From the NCBI RefSeq assembly GCF_009834535.1, contig NC_045696.1, positions 98,954,001 through 99,018,000 of the forward strand: a stretch of 64,000 nt of DNA, in the 5' to 3' direction. Position 1 is the stretch's first letter. Each line of letters opens with the position of its first letter. The stretch is from Camelus ferus. Its lineage: Eukaryota. Below the pieces are notes generated by a model that saw only the letters and a list, made by a program, of their open reading frames with translations, searched no databases and was not told the DNA's origin. A program made the translations under genes and the position numbers. Shown here piece after piece: positions 40,849 through 53,910 of the stretch.

Positions 40849-41016
40849 TAGTTTGCAAGATAAGATACAGGACACCAAGTTAAATTCAAATTTAAGGTAA
40901 ACAATAAATAATTTTTTAGGAAACTATGTGCCAAATAAGTTTCAAAATTCCATTGTTTATCTGAAATTAAAATGAACTGGTGTCCTATATTTTTTATTGC
41001 TAAATCAGGCTGCCCT
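40849..41016. mobile_element. MER53 palindromic hAT MITE
   Basis: Arms ACAGGACACCAAGTTAAATTC...GTAAACAAT and ATTGTTTATCTGAAATT...AACTGGTGTCCTAT are reverse complements. Confidence 0.85.
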
Positions 41017-42665
41017 ATCAATAGAATATAAATATGTAACAGAAAATTACTTGTGAAGTGATGTAAAGCTCGCTCATGTTATCTGGAAATAAAAGTAAAA
41101 TTGTGTTGAAAACATCAAATGTTATTGTAGAAAAGAAAAAAAATCTATTTTCCTGACTAATATACTTCGGACATTTCGTGGATGTGCCTCTGAATTACAA
41201 TTAAACTTAAATTTAAAAGGTATTTTAAAATACATTTGAGTAAATTTAAACGTTGTAGCAATGTTCATCATTCTCACTGGTGAGTTGAGTGGGTTGTGTT
41301 ATATGATGTAAAGCAGACTAAGATTTGTGGAGGGTGTGAGGTAACAGGATGACCTCAGGTGAGCACCGACGGCCCACGTCAGCATGCTCACAGGGGAGAG
41401 CTTTGCCTCCTCAGTACATCAAAAGGTCTGGACAGAGTAGAGAACTCTTGTAGGTGAATAGCAAAACCATGCTGGAAGACAAAACGGAGGAAAATACAAA
41501 AAAAAAAAAAGTAATTTAATTTCTTCAATACATAACCCCAAACTCTAGTATTTGAATTTTTGCAATAAAAATAAAAAATGATTGAGGTAGATGTGTAATC
41601 ACCGGTGCGGATTAATAGTGTGATACCATAATCTGTTCATTTGTTTTACTATCAAAGCGCATTAAGTCAAATGTGACTACGTTTTTAGTGGTCATACCAG
41701 AATTGGGAATATCAGTACAATCTCATCAAACTCTACTTTTTACTGGAATGTGCTTGAGTTGAATTTGGAAGAACAGATTTCATCTTTAAAGATGTCACCT
41801 TCAGTGTTCAGTTTAAATGATTAATTTCTAAGTTTTCAGTTTGCTGGGCATTTACATCCCCTCTTGATAAGTTGACTAGACCTTGAAACTTTGTATGGCT
41901 CATGGTAGAGTAATGGGTAGAAAAATTTAAGGGTCATAGTATTACATTATATACAATTCCAGTTTATAACAAAGAATAAAGAAAGGATAAAGAAAAAACT
42001 CTAAGAATACAACTCTTCAACATAAATATAACTTGAAAGTTGCTACGGATAACAATTTGTTGGGATAAGGATTCTCTATTGACTTAACAGAAATCAGCTT
42101 CTATCCTTGTAAGCTTAACTTACTAATCACTTGGTTAGCACTTACAGTGTGCTGGAGTAAGCACTGTTTTCCTATTGGGGACGCAAAAATGAATAAGACA
42201 CGGTGATGCCTCCAAGAAGCCCATCAACTATTAAAGGGAAGCCAGAGTCCCGTGTTGGTAAACGAGGTAGAGCTTTTGTAAATACTTCTATTCAATAAAC
42301 TCTTAAGTTGTATATGAATTTCACTATTTAAAAAGAACTCCTTAGATTTCCTCTTCCAGGTTATCCCCTGATCCAGGGCTGGTCTACACCAAGTAGAAAG
42401 GACAGTGGTAGGTAGAATTTACTCCTTGGTTTCTTTATTAAAAGATAAGGAGTTGAGCCTTGGTATGTAGTTGAGGCATGCTTGACAGGTCCGAAAGAGA
42501 TGAATGGAAATCTGGATGCCATAAATCATCAAAGTGTTTTCTAGTCTGAGGGATTGTGACACATGGGAACAATACACAGGATCCCATAATGGAGAGTCTT
42601 CCACATTTAGTGCTATCTCTGGGATTTGATTGTTTAGCTCACACTTTTCACAGCAAAATTCTTGA

Positions 42666-42830
42666 TGAGAAATTACTAATCACTGGCATAAAGTTTCAGG
42701 TAAGCCGGATGAAGAAGCTGTAGAGAGCTATAACATTGTACCTAGAGTCAAATGTCATATATGGCACAGTTAAAATTTTTTTAAGAGGGTAGATCTCATA
42801 TTGTGTTCTTACCACAATAAAATAAATAAA
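42666..42830 (+). mobile_element. L1M 3' terminal fragment
   Basis: AAAGTTTCAG...TAAGAGGGTAGATCTCATATTGTGTTCTTACCACAATAAAATAAATAAAA. Confidence 0.75.
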
Positions 42831-44238
42831 AGAACGGAACAGAACTATAGATTAACTCATCACAGTTTTTTTCTGCTTGACAGTATTCAAAACATAAAGA
42901 CCTAAAAGGACACCTAAGTGAATATTCTGGAAAAAAAAATCTTGAGATACCAGGATACAAGTTAAATTTTAATGAATTAAGACAGAAAACTGTCTAATTG
43001 CCAAGGTATTCACTCTGCATAGGGTCTCCAATGACTCATTTTTTTCTTTACTCAATCTTAGTAAACACTGGGGAAGGCACTGTAGAATTAGAACAGGCTG
43101 TCTGCAGTTATCATTGACACCATTAGATCTTTTCTACAAAGAGCCTGATGCGTCTCTTTGCTGATGTGACTTTTGTCTGCACATAAAAGCCTTGTCAGAA
43201 TCTAGTAAATAACAATACTTGGTGCTTCTCTTCTAAACACGTTCTAAAACATAGGATCGATGTCCATTACACAGCTTCAGGTAAACTAATTTTAATTTTT
43301 AACTAGTAAAAACGTTGCCTTCCATTTTCAGTGTAATTCTCAGTCCTGTGGAAATTCAAAATTCAAACTCTTGAGGGAAAAATAACTGAGACTGATTCCG
43401 GTAACATTTTCAGGAAGATAAAGTTCATTCTCCTGAGTTTAAAGAGACTTTTAAAAACATGCTTTAGCATTTCCAGCTAAATATAGGCAAAGAGAGAATG
43501 TCTCCCAGTAGGTAAGGAGGTGACAGGTGCGGGGTACAGATCTGGAACTGGAATTTGGCTGCTTTGTTCCCTAATCATGGGAGATGGATCCTTTTCCATA
43601 CTGGAAATATACTCTATGTAAGCCAGCCAGAGTGTTAGAAATATTCCATAAGAGCAGGCACAAGCATTTTGTTTTGTTGTGGGGTTAAGGGAATAACAAT
43701 TTAGTTTCTCAATGTGTAAACACAAATTTCAGTTGAAGGATTTTCTCCAACTTAGCTTCAGAATGTGATCATTAACAGGAAACATGCCCAAAGTTTTCCC
43801 CATTTTTGGCCTTATTTTTATTAGAGAGGTTTTAATTGTAGCCATGTGGTTCATATTGAATCTGACAAGTCATGTAGCGATTAAAAATTGGAATGCTTTG
43901 ACAGCCGGGTGAGCATGAGGATCAGTTGCCGGGTAACTCCCCATGATGGGGAGAGCCTGGCAAGTGACGAGGGTCTGGTCGGGGGGGGAGTCTTCAGCAT
44001 CAGTGCACAAGGCGGAGAGGACTGACAAGTCTCGCCAAGACAGCACCTGGGGATGGCAGATGCACTGACCAGTCCCACTACTCGCTACTGGCCTTTCCCC
44101 TGTGCTGTTTCCCTGTAACAACAACATGGAAACTGACTTTCTGTAGCCTTGGGTTGGAGATTTTAGGATTGGTTCTGGAAGTCAAATGAGGGCCTTAAAA
44201 ACAGCCTTGTATTTTGAAAAGATATGTTTAAATATACA

Positions 44239-44323
44239 GGGGGTAGGTATAGCTCACGGTAGAGGGGTAGACCCAAGCATGCACAAAGTGCTGAGTTCAT
44301 TAAAAAAAAAAAAGACTGAAAAA
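44239..44323 (+). mobile_element. tRNA-derived SINE, vic-1-like (camelid), truncated
   Basis: GGGGGTAGGTATAGCTCACGGTAGAG...AGCATGCACAAAGTGCTGAGTTCA plus A-tail, with A-box-like and partial B-box sequence. 14-bp TSD ATGTTTA(A/C)ATATAC at 44224-44237 and 44324-44337. Confidence 0.8.
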
Positions 44324-45199
44324 ATGTTTACATATACTTTCTTGCAAAAAGATATTACATTGTTAAAGCTATTACATCTGTGAGCAAAATTTAAGGGTGA
44401 GAGGGTCCAGGATTGTGTTCTGTTTTCTGTTCATTTTTAATAAACATCAAGCAATCATTAAGATCATTGTTTTATCAGTTTTCTCTACTTTTAATATAAA
44501 CTGAAATTTATTTTCGCTTTCATCTAATGTATGTCATTACTAACATGACCATATTTTGCTGGTGCTGATTAGTTTTAAGGGCCATTCGAAAGCATCTTGC
44601 TGAAAGCTTCAGGTTTAAAATTCATGCTATTTATAAGGAGAAGGGGTTGTTCCACAAGTTGTTTGTATTCGTGCTTGTGCAAACAAATTTGTTTACAGTT
44701 AGCATTCAAATTTGTTTTCAGTAGGACCAGGATTTCCTATAAGTGGTTGAATCCATGTACTACAAAACAAAGAAAACAAAATGGAAAGTTCAGAGAAGGG
44801 CAAAAATTTATGATGGAAAAAAGTAAACATTATTTACCATTTTATAATTTATAATTTATAAAAATATAATACCATTTTATAATTACCTTGTCATAATTCC
44901 TTTATTTTTGTGTTTTATAAAGTATAAAACAAACTTTGTTGACTTGATTTTTAGTTGGACGCACTGTAAGGAACACTGTCAAATGTATAACCTACAGCTT
45001 TTTAATATTCTCAGTTCTCAATATCCTGAGGCTATAAGAAACATTGCTTAGGCTAAATTGATAATTTGAAAAATGTAATTTTTTATCATTTTATTTCATC
45101 CATTTTCAGGAGAGTAAGATGGTGCCTACACAATCACCAATGGCAACTAGTTATGCTTGCTTGTGTATGTGTTTTAGGTATCATTATGACCTCACAGAT

Positions 45200-46085
45200 A
45201 CATTTTTTTAAAGTATGCTTCATTCCTTTTTGTTGCTGAATAATATTCCAATGTATGGATGTGCCACATTTTGTTTATCCATTCATGTGTTGATATTTGT
45301 TTGGATTATTTCTGCTTTTCATCTATTATGAATAATGCTGTTATGAAATCCATGTACAGGCTACTGCGTGGACTTATGGCTTCACTTATCTTGGGTACAT
45401 AACTAGTTGTGGGGTTCCTAAGTCATATGATAACTCTATGTTCAACATTTTGAGTAAATGCCAGACCATTTTCCAAAGTGGCTTCCCATTTTACATCCCC
45501 ACTAGCAATGAATTAGGTTTCCAAATTTTCCAATTTCTTTGCATCCTTGCCAATGCAGTTGAACCTTGAACAACATGGGTTTGAACTGCTCAGATCTACT
45601 TTTACATGGACTTTTTTCAATAAATACAGAATCATCCCTCCATATCCACAGGTTCTGGATCTGAGGAGTCAACCAACTGCAGATCATGAAGTATTTTTAT
45701 GATTCATGATTGGTTGACTCTGCAGATGAGGGGCCCAAGGATACAGAGGGCCAACTATGGGACTTCACGGATTTTCTATTCATGGCAGGTCCTGGAACCA
45801 ATCACCCATGGACACCAAGGGATGACCATACTTGCTATTGTCTGCCATTTTTATTAAGGTCACTTTCTCTGAAAGTGATATCTCTGTGATTTTGTTTTGC
45901 CTTTCCCAAATGATTAATGATATTGAGGGTCTTTTTTGTACTTTATCAATTTATATATCTTCTTAACAAAAATGTCTATTCAAATCTTTGGCCCACTTCC
46001 ATAATTAGATGTTTTTCTTTATTATTGAGTTGAAAGAGTTTGTTATACTCTGGTTGCAAGTCCTTTATCAGATGTATGATTTTCA
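45200..46085 (-). mobile_element. L1M (L1MA/MB-like) fragment interrupted by a Tigger MITE
   Basis: Classic antisense L1 phrases: TTGTTGCTGAATAATATTCCA, TTTCCAAAGTGGCT, AAATGTCTATTCAAATCTTTGGCCCA. Confidence 0.85.
45556..45828. mobile_element. MER2/Tigger2-type MITE
   Basis: Starts CAGTTGAACCTTGAACAACATGGGTTTGAACTG and ends GGTCCTGGAACCAATCACCCATGGACACCAAGGGATGAC. Confidence 0.8.
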
Positions 46086-46883
46086 TATATTTACATTACA
46101 TTACATTTAGATACAGAATCAGTCATTTCTCCAAGGAACCCTGGACTCTGGCTTCTTTTGGTGGTAAATGATTTTTAGAGACCACAACCTGGGTGCTGGG
46201 GGTGCACATGGCTACAGAGTTTTCATGACTTGTTTTCCAGTGGACAAAGCCAGGAAACAAATACATAAATAATATATATATATATATGAATTTGAGTTAA
46301 TACTGATATTTTAAATTTAAGATTTTATAGATTTACTTAGTTTCTATGATTTTATAATTTTATCTCTATTCTCTAGCTCAGAAATTAATGGTTTCTAATA
46401 ATATTAATATACTTTTAAATTGTATTTATTCTTAAATATACCTATAATAATTTCAAAATATAAATATGAATATTTCATTAAAAGTTAAGAATATTGAATA
46501 AAGTTTTTTTTTATTCTTTGACTATAATACACCAAGGGTATTCACTCAAAGTATAATATTTCAAAGTCACCTGAAGTAATTCTCTTCTCTATGTGGTTAT
46601 TCTTCGAACCAATAAAATGTTCATTTGTTTCCATTGTTTTTCAGTTTTTAGGGAATTTTCACATTTAAATCTGTGTGTGCTACGTTAACCAGTTACAGAG
46701 CTTCAGAACAATGTGCACCACAGGAATCTTATTTCCAACCCTGTCCCATTCATTCTGTTTCTTTGCTCCCCTAAAAGTAACTATTGCTATTAATTTTGGA
46801 AATAAACCTAATTACCTCTCCCCCTAAAATAAAAAAAATTTTAAATACATTTATAATAACCTTTAATGCAATGAAACCTTTAA

Positions 46884-46992
46884 CCATAATGAGAATATGA
46901 AAATGAATTTATGTATATATATGTATGACTGGGACATTATGCTGTATATCAGAAACTGATACATTGTAACTGACTATACTTCAATAAAAAAA
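46884..46992 (+). mobile_element. Short young L1 3' tail (camelid/cetartiodactyl type)
   Basis: ...GACTGGGACATTATGCTGTATATCAGAAACTGATACATTGTAACTGACTATACTTCAATAAAAAAA. Confidence 0.8.
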
Positions 46993-47339
46993 TTGGGGGG
47001 TTTAATATATATATTTGAAAAAATATAAGGAAGTAATATATATAAATATTCATATTTCCCCTACGTTCTTAGATAAGGGTTAGCATACTTGCTTTTTTTC
47101 ACTTAACAATGGAACTTGGACAAAATTCTGTATCAGTAGATAGATACTTTCCTCAGTCATTTTGTGAGGTTCTCCAATATGTGGATGTACCCAGTAGTAT
47201 CCCATTAATTGATATCTGGGTTAATTCCATTCTTTGGTATAATCAATACACCACTATAAGTGGCCCTGTGCAGTCATCACTTTGGATTTTTGCCAGCATA
47301 TCTTTGGAATATATCCTTAGAGGTGGGATTGCTGAATAC

Positions 47340-47727
47340 AGCAGAGACAGTCTGTGCTCCCTCACTACCTCCCTTCTTCCCACGTCTGTGCATTCCTTAC
47401 CCAGCAACCCTGAGTCTTTGCTCCTTACAGCCTGCAGCTCACCTGGAGAACTGGCCTCAAGATACTTGTGCAGGTACCGAGGAATATCTAGGAATTTACC
47501 TCCTTCCATAGTGGCTTGTAGCAAAGGATACAGGCTGGTGTCAAAGTGCAAAAGCCCAGGTACCTCTGTGAATTAGGCAGGAGCTGCTTTCTGAAAACAC
47601 TGCCTGAAGTTAAACTCTTTCTTGCCCTCACTCCCTTAGCAGTGTCTCCTAGGAGATCTTACCTAATTATCCATTTATACATGGAAATCTATTGCAGGCT
47701 CTGCTTTTGGAGAAATCGGTTCAAGAT
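47340..47727 (+). mobile_element. LTR16-like ERVL LTR inside an old antisense L1
   Basis: 3' end ...GGCTCTGCTTTTGGAGAAATCGGTTCAAGA resembles LTR16. L1 sequence resumes on both sides. Confidence 0.55.
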
Positions 47728-48639
47728 TCTAAGCATATGTAATTTTGCTAGAAATTACCAAATTTCCCTCCATTAGGAATGCTGCATTCCTGCCAGCAAG
47801 TCACAGGAGTACCTGTTTCACAGAGCCTCACCAACAGACCGTGTTGGCAAATTTAATTTGAGACTTTCAAAACAGGTAAGTCATTTCACACAATTAGAAG
47901 TTGTGATCTTAAAAAAGTTAAGATTTATTGATTAGATGTTAACCTATCTTGATAAAATACACCAGTGAAGACCAGTGGTTCAAGGCATAGTCAGTACCCA
48001 GAAAATCCCCTCTTCCAGTTATCTCTCTCAACATACTGGATGCATTATTTAACACCAACAGACAAACAGGCTTCAAATTCAATCAGTTAATTCCACAGCA
48101 CCTATAGGGGAGCTTATATAAAGTATCTAAACTTGAAGAACAGTGACCACCAATAAATTATAATAGAGCATAGTTGTTGAAGTATACTTTGGAAAGAAGA
48201 AGTTAATTTTTTTTTAATACTTGGGGTTTTTCATCATATGTCTTGAACAAATGGGAAATTTGGATTTGTAAATAAGAAGAGATTGTTCAGTAGCTTTTAC
48301 TTCAGAACTATTTACAAAATTATCATTCAACAAACAAACCAAAGTATTTAGAAAAGAGAGCTCACTGAGTTTGCAACCACAAATCAGTTCAAAACACCAA
48401 TAGATAAAACTAGTGAGACAAATATATTAACACTTGATTCATTTGATAGCATCATTGTCATAAGCCAATGCAGATATCAGTGCTTTAGAAGGAAATTCAT
48501 AGTATATCTTTAGAAATAAAAAAGAAACAAAGAACTGAGATAATAATGCAACATACTAACATAAAACAAAATAGTTATACTCCTAAGAACTGTGATTATT
48601 TTACACTCAAACCACAATCTAGTATAAATATTAACTCTT

Positions 48640-49560
48640 TTTTATTCAACAAGTGTTTACTGAATATGACTATGTACCAGGCATTAATTTAGGCTCTCAG
48701 AATACCATTAGCACACAAAACAGAGATTCTAGGGGGACAGGCAACAAGCAGTAGTCATAACAAGTCAACTACATAGTAAGTTAGAAATTGGTAAGTGCTA
48801 AGACAAAAATAAATAAGTGAGACAAGGAGGGTTTGGATTGCAGGGTTGAAATTTGAGAGTTTAAATATCGCTGTCATGGCAGAATAAGACATTTGAGCAG
48901 CCTTGAAGGAGGTACAAGTGTTGACCACGTGGCTACCTGGGTGAGGAACCTCACAGGCAGAGGGAGCAGCTGGTACCCAGGCCCTGAGGCAGCAGCGTGA
49001 ATGGTGTGCTTGAGCAACAGCTAGAGGGCCAATGTGACCGTAACAGAATAAGAGGGAAAGGAGGAGATGAGGTCACAGGAATAAGAGAAAGCAGGTTCTT
49101 TAAGGACCTTGTAAACCACTATAAGTACTTAGCCATTTGTGATGAGTGAAAAAGAGAGCTATTAAAAGGTTTTCAACAGAAGGATGATGGCATCTGAGTT
49201 AAGTTTCAACAGATCACTCTGAAATGTGTTCTCTTAGAATGTAGGGGAGGGGAGGGGCAAAGGCAGAAGCAAGAAGAATGAAGAGTCTCCACCACATCCA
49301 GGAGAGAGACGGTGATAACCGGCACCAATGAGAGGATGAAACACTTTAATTTTGGACAAAGTTTAAGATAGAAGCAAAAGTAACTCCTATTCAATTAGGC
49401 ATGGAATGAGAAGATATGAGAGGAATTAAAGAGGATCCCAGAGGCTTTTGTTCGATCAGCTGGAAGAATGGAGTTGCTACAAGTGAGATGGGAATGGCTA
49501 CCTACCGGTAGAGAGAGATAGGGCAGTTTTGAGGGAGGAGATAAGGTATCGTTTCAGGCA
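48640..49560 (-). mobile_element. L2 LINE fragment
   Basis: ATTCAACAAGTGTTTACTGAAT...TATGTACCAGGCA, GACATTTGAGCAG, CAGATCACTCTG, GGAAGAATGGAGTTGC. Confidence 0.85.
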
Positions 49561-52500
49561 AAGTATAAAACTGACTTTCTTGTTAAAATAATACATATCC
49601 TTTGAGATTAAAGTTTAAATTAAAATTTCCTTTAAATCAGGGACTGTGACAGCTTTTGAAATCCCACAAAATACCTAGGATGGAACATTGTACACAGAAG
49701 ATGTACAATGAATATTTGTTGAACTTGATTCTTCCAGATTTCTCACCTTGGTCTACATGAAATGCATGAACATAGCCACTCTCAAATGCTGGTTTATGCT
49801 CTATTTTAAGGGATGGAAATCTTTTTTAAAAACTGGTAAAATAGCCATACTTATAACACTTACAAAATATCATCTTTTTAATACAGACTTTCAAAAATAA
49901 TATAGGATGTGTATATAAATGAATACAATGGTTTTCAATATTTCCATCAATAGGTTTTCTTTTAACACAGCCAGATGTAATTCATTATAGAATACATTTT
50001 TTAAAAAATGTTTTAAAGTAAAACCTAAATAGACTTGAAATGTATCTTTAGGTTTTTATAGTCATCCATCTTAACACAAAATTTCCATATTGCTCCCTTT
50101 CTAAATCAAGTTGTACATGCCTATTCAGTAACTACTGATAGATGTAAAATAACAGAAAGAGAACCACGTAGTTACAATATCTTATTTCCATATCTCTTAA
50201 AAAAAATCCTACATTCACACGCAGTTACTTCTTGGATTTCTTTCTCGCATTATTCTACAATGCCATGGAGGACATTTGCATATAATTCCAATTATTTAAA
50301 AGTGAAGCTCGTGCAGGAAATGGTATTAGACATCTTTTCATTTCAATAGGTGACAATTAAATTTATGAAGAACTTGGATTCCCCAAATAGAAAGAGCTGT
50401 TCTCAGTGAACAATTGGTAGATGTGATGCAAAGAATTAATGTTCAGATATTCATGCATTTATATTTTCCACATGATAACACATAAAGCTAAATAGTCCTT
50501 TAAAAAGATATAAAGGATTTAGTCTCCAAAGTTTATCGCAATACTGACTGACGATGAAAGAGTTAAACTGAACTTTAGATATATGTTAGTCATAACATAA
50601 TCTCTTGCTATATTAGTAGGTCAATAGTTCAGCCAAGAAAGGGACTCTAACTTGAGCAGACACTAATTAAAAGAATCAATTCTTATCCTACTACAGATGT
50701 CCAATCATATTAACACATTTCTAGATTTCTTACTCAGCGGACTAGTCAAGATTAAAGGATTTGCTAATATGAAGGAACAGAGTATGCTTCCAAACTGACT
50801 GAGCAGATTTGTGAACAAATTAGTTCATTTAAAATTGACAGGGAAAGATTGATTTTGCACAGAATGAGTTACCTAAGGTATTCATCACTTCCTCTGTCTC
50901 TGTGCACAAGACAGAGATCCGTTTCCTTCACTTTCTGATTGTAATGGGGCTGCTTACTGAGCACCTTTATTTTATAGTCCTGATTGCAGCCTGTCATTCT
51001 TTTTAATTCAGACATACTTTAGCCTCTTAGGCAGACCTTCAGAAATAACTTCCTTAAAAGCCTCAGTAAAATGACTCATTACATGTCGCTCAATTCAACC
51101 ATACTATAAATTATAATGCAGGGGAAATTTCTAATTGCACAAAAGATTCAGTTACTCATAAGGCTATTTGACTCTATTCAAATGCAGGGGAAAGCAGGAA
51201 ATCCAGATACAGAAACGTTTTTGCAAAGTTGAAAGTCAATACTCTACAACTCGAACAAAATCTAAGGTGTTTGATACTTAGGATACATTTAGTATATATT
51301 AGTAGATAATATTCTACTAGAATCTATATTCAGCAGATAAATATTTTATGAAAAATGTTAGAAACTCTAGATAAGAAATGGAACCAGAAATGCTGAAGTG
51401 GTTGAAGAATTCATTTTTTAAGACTAAAGAAATAAAAGCAAAAGCTTGTGGGAGGAGAAAAAAAAAAAAAGAACGCAACAATGACAACACAAACACAATT
51501 TAAGAAACAATAAAAATTAAGTTAAAACAAAATCCAAAGAAAGGTGTGGGAACTCATGCTATTTTATTTACAAAGACCTAGATTTCAGGTATCAGAAACA
51601 TAAATTATGATAAGGTGACATATTTAGAGGGTAGAATTTTCAGAACTTGTTTAGCAATTAAACTTTAGATAGTGGGAGAGCAGAGTCGAGTCTAGGTTAA
51701 ATACTGAGGGTGGAAGAATTGGTTAACCTGGTCCATGATGGTGTCCATTCATTCAAACATGTTGACATGGTGGAGAAGTTAGAGGAGCAATTATTTTGAT
51801 TTTGGATGTCCGGAATATCTATGGGAAATCAAATGAAGATAATCTACAAGGGATTTGAATAGATATAGCTGTGTTGACAAGCTATACGTAAATGAAGTAT
51901 TGCTTCTATTTTGCATATAAAATGGAAGCTTAAAGGATTCAATTTTTCACAAAGTATCGTAGTCAACCAACACTGGTTTCAATAATTTGCCTTTAGATCA
52001 GATGTTTATTTCTGCGTAATTAGAGGTGTGCGTGTGTGTGTGTGCATGCATATGCGTGTGTGATTCTATGTGTTTAAAACAACCCAGATGTCAGCTGAGG
52101 AGACTCAAAGGCTTCCCCAAGATTTCTGTGGAATCTGTGGGGGATTTCATGTTTACTTTTGGTTCTAAGTCACCATTTTCACTGAACTCTCAGGTTTGCT
52201 GCATTTTAACACCCATGTTCTGTTTGATTTGCTCTGTTTTTAGTTGCACAGGGAATTCCACTCCCATCATCAAGTCAACAAACCCACCTATATCTACACG
52301 CATATATTTTGTCTGTCCTCCTATCATGAATGTGCCATAATGAATAAAGTCATTGTCTAAGGCCAGCTCCACCTCGTCTATACTAAATACCAAGCCTCTC
52401 CCCTAATGAAGGACCTCATTTCACTCTTGTAGTTGGTTCTTCTTTTTCCCAATCATTTGCTCATTTTCACTATCAGGTTGGCTTTTTCATTAGCAAAATA

Positions 52501-52589
52501 AAATGTAATAATGGTAATAATTCCTTTACTGATTGCCATGAAAAATAATTCTTAATAGTAATGATCAATTTTTTAATTAAAGGCTCTGA

Positions 52590-53910
52590 AACTCACGTCT
52601 CCCTCTGGTCTGCCCATTGTTGTTTGAACCCACTTTAAGTTTTTGTCCCCCACTGCATGCATCTGTTCTTGTCAAGGCCTTTAAAGACCTCTGCATGCTA
52701 AAATGAACAGTCAGTGTTCAGATTTCAGCTTACATGACAGTATTTGACAGAGTTGATAAGTTATCCTTTCTTGTACCCCTTCCTTTCCTTGGTTACACTG
52801 TTCCTCCCTGGTCTTCCTTCTCCCTATTTGGCTGCTCCTTCTGTTTCACTTGATGATTCCTACTCCTCTTCCCAACTCTAAATGTCATCGAATGTCCCAG
52901 GGATCTATTCCCAGAGCTCTTTTGTCCTCTGTCCACACTCTGTCTTGGTGATCTCAGATGCCTTACGCCTTTGAATACCATCTATATGCTAATATACCCC
53001 AAATGCATGTCAGCAGCCCAGACATTTCTCAAATTCTAGAGTTTTGGGTTTTTTTTTTTTTTCCCTAACCACCTCTGCTCTCATCTTTATTTGATCATCC
53101 AACAGGCGTCTCAAATGTAGTGTGTCCAAACTCAGGCTCTTCACTTGCAAGCTTCCAAAACCACCTTCTTACAGATTTTCCATCTCCATAAGTGGTACCT
53201 CCAGTTTTCCACAACCCAAGCCAAAACTCTTAGTGTTTTTCTTACCTCCTCTCTTTGTTAATACCAAATCATGAGCAAATCCTATGGCTTTTTTTTTTTT
53301 AAGTTTAAATTTCAACATCTCTATCTCCCCTCCCTTGTTCAAGCCACATTATGACTCACTGGATTGCTGGTATAGCCTCTGAAATGGTCTCGCCGTTTCT
53401 GCAGATATTCAGATATTCTCCACTTTGCTGCCAGAAAAAAATCTTGGCAAACGCAAATTAGATCATGTTACTCACTGCTCAAAAGCCCCCAGTGCCTTCC
53501 GCTGTCACTCAGAGTAAAATCTGAAGTACTTACAATGGATTACAAGACCTGAAGTGATCTGGCCGCCTGTAATTGTCTTGACTTCAGCAACTAACATTCT
53601 AATTTTTGCTCACCCTACTCCTTAACACTGGCCTCCTGGCTGAGACTGGAACATGCCAAGCGTGGTCCACTTCAGGGACTTTGCTCTTGCCATTCCCATA
53701 ACAAGGATGCTTTTTATCCATAAACCCTCACAATTCTTCACTTATTTCAGTTGTTGCTCAAATGTTACCTCTATTCATTTGATTACAGATTCAGCCACAT
53801 AATGTTAAAAAGGCCAAAACAGCCATTTTAGTCCTTTATTCTGGTATCTGCCTCCATTATAAACTCCTTGAGGGTAAGAAACCATGCCTTATCTCTGTAT
53901 CACAAGCTCT
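52590..53910 (+). mobile_element. Long L2 LINE fragment
   Basis: TATTTGACAGAGTTGA, TACCATCTATATGCT, TTAGATCATGTTACTC, TGCTCAAATGTTACC, AAACTCCTTGAGGG. Confidence 0.85.

Noticed and set aside
44239..44300. Functional tRNA gene
   Set aside because: Incomplete cloverleaf with A-tail and TSD indicates a retroposed SINE.
47109..47576. 155-aa ORF and overlapping ORFs
   Set aside because: Spans antisense L1 and LTR16-like sequence; chance open frame.
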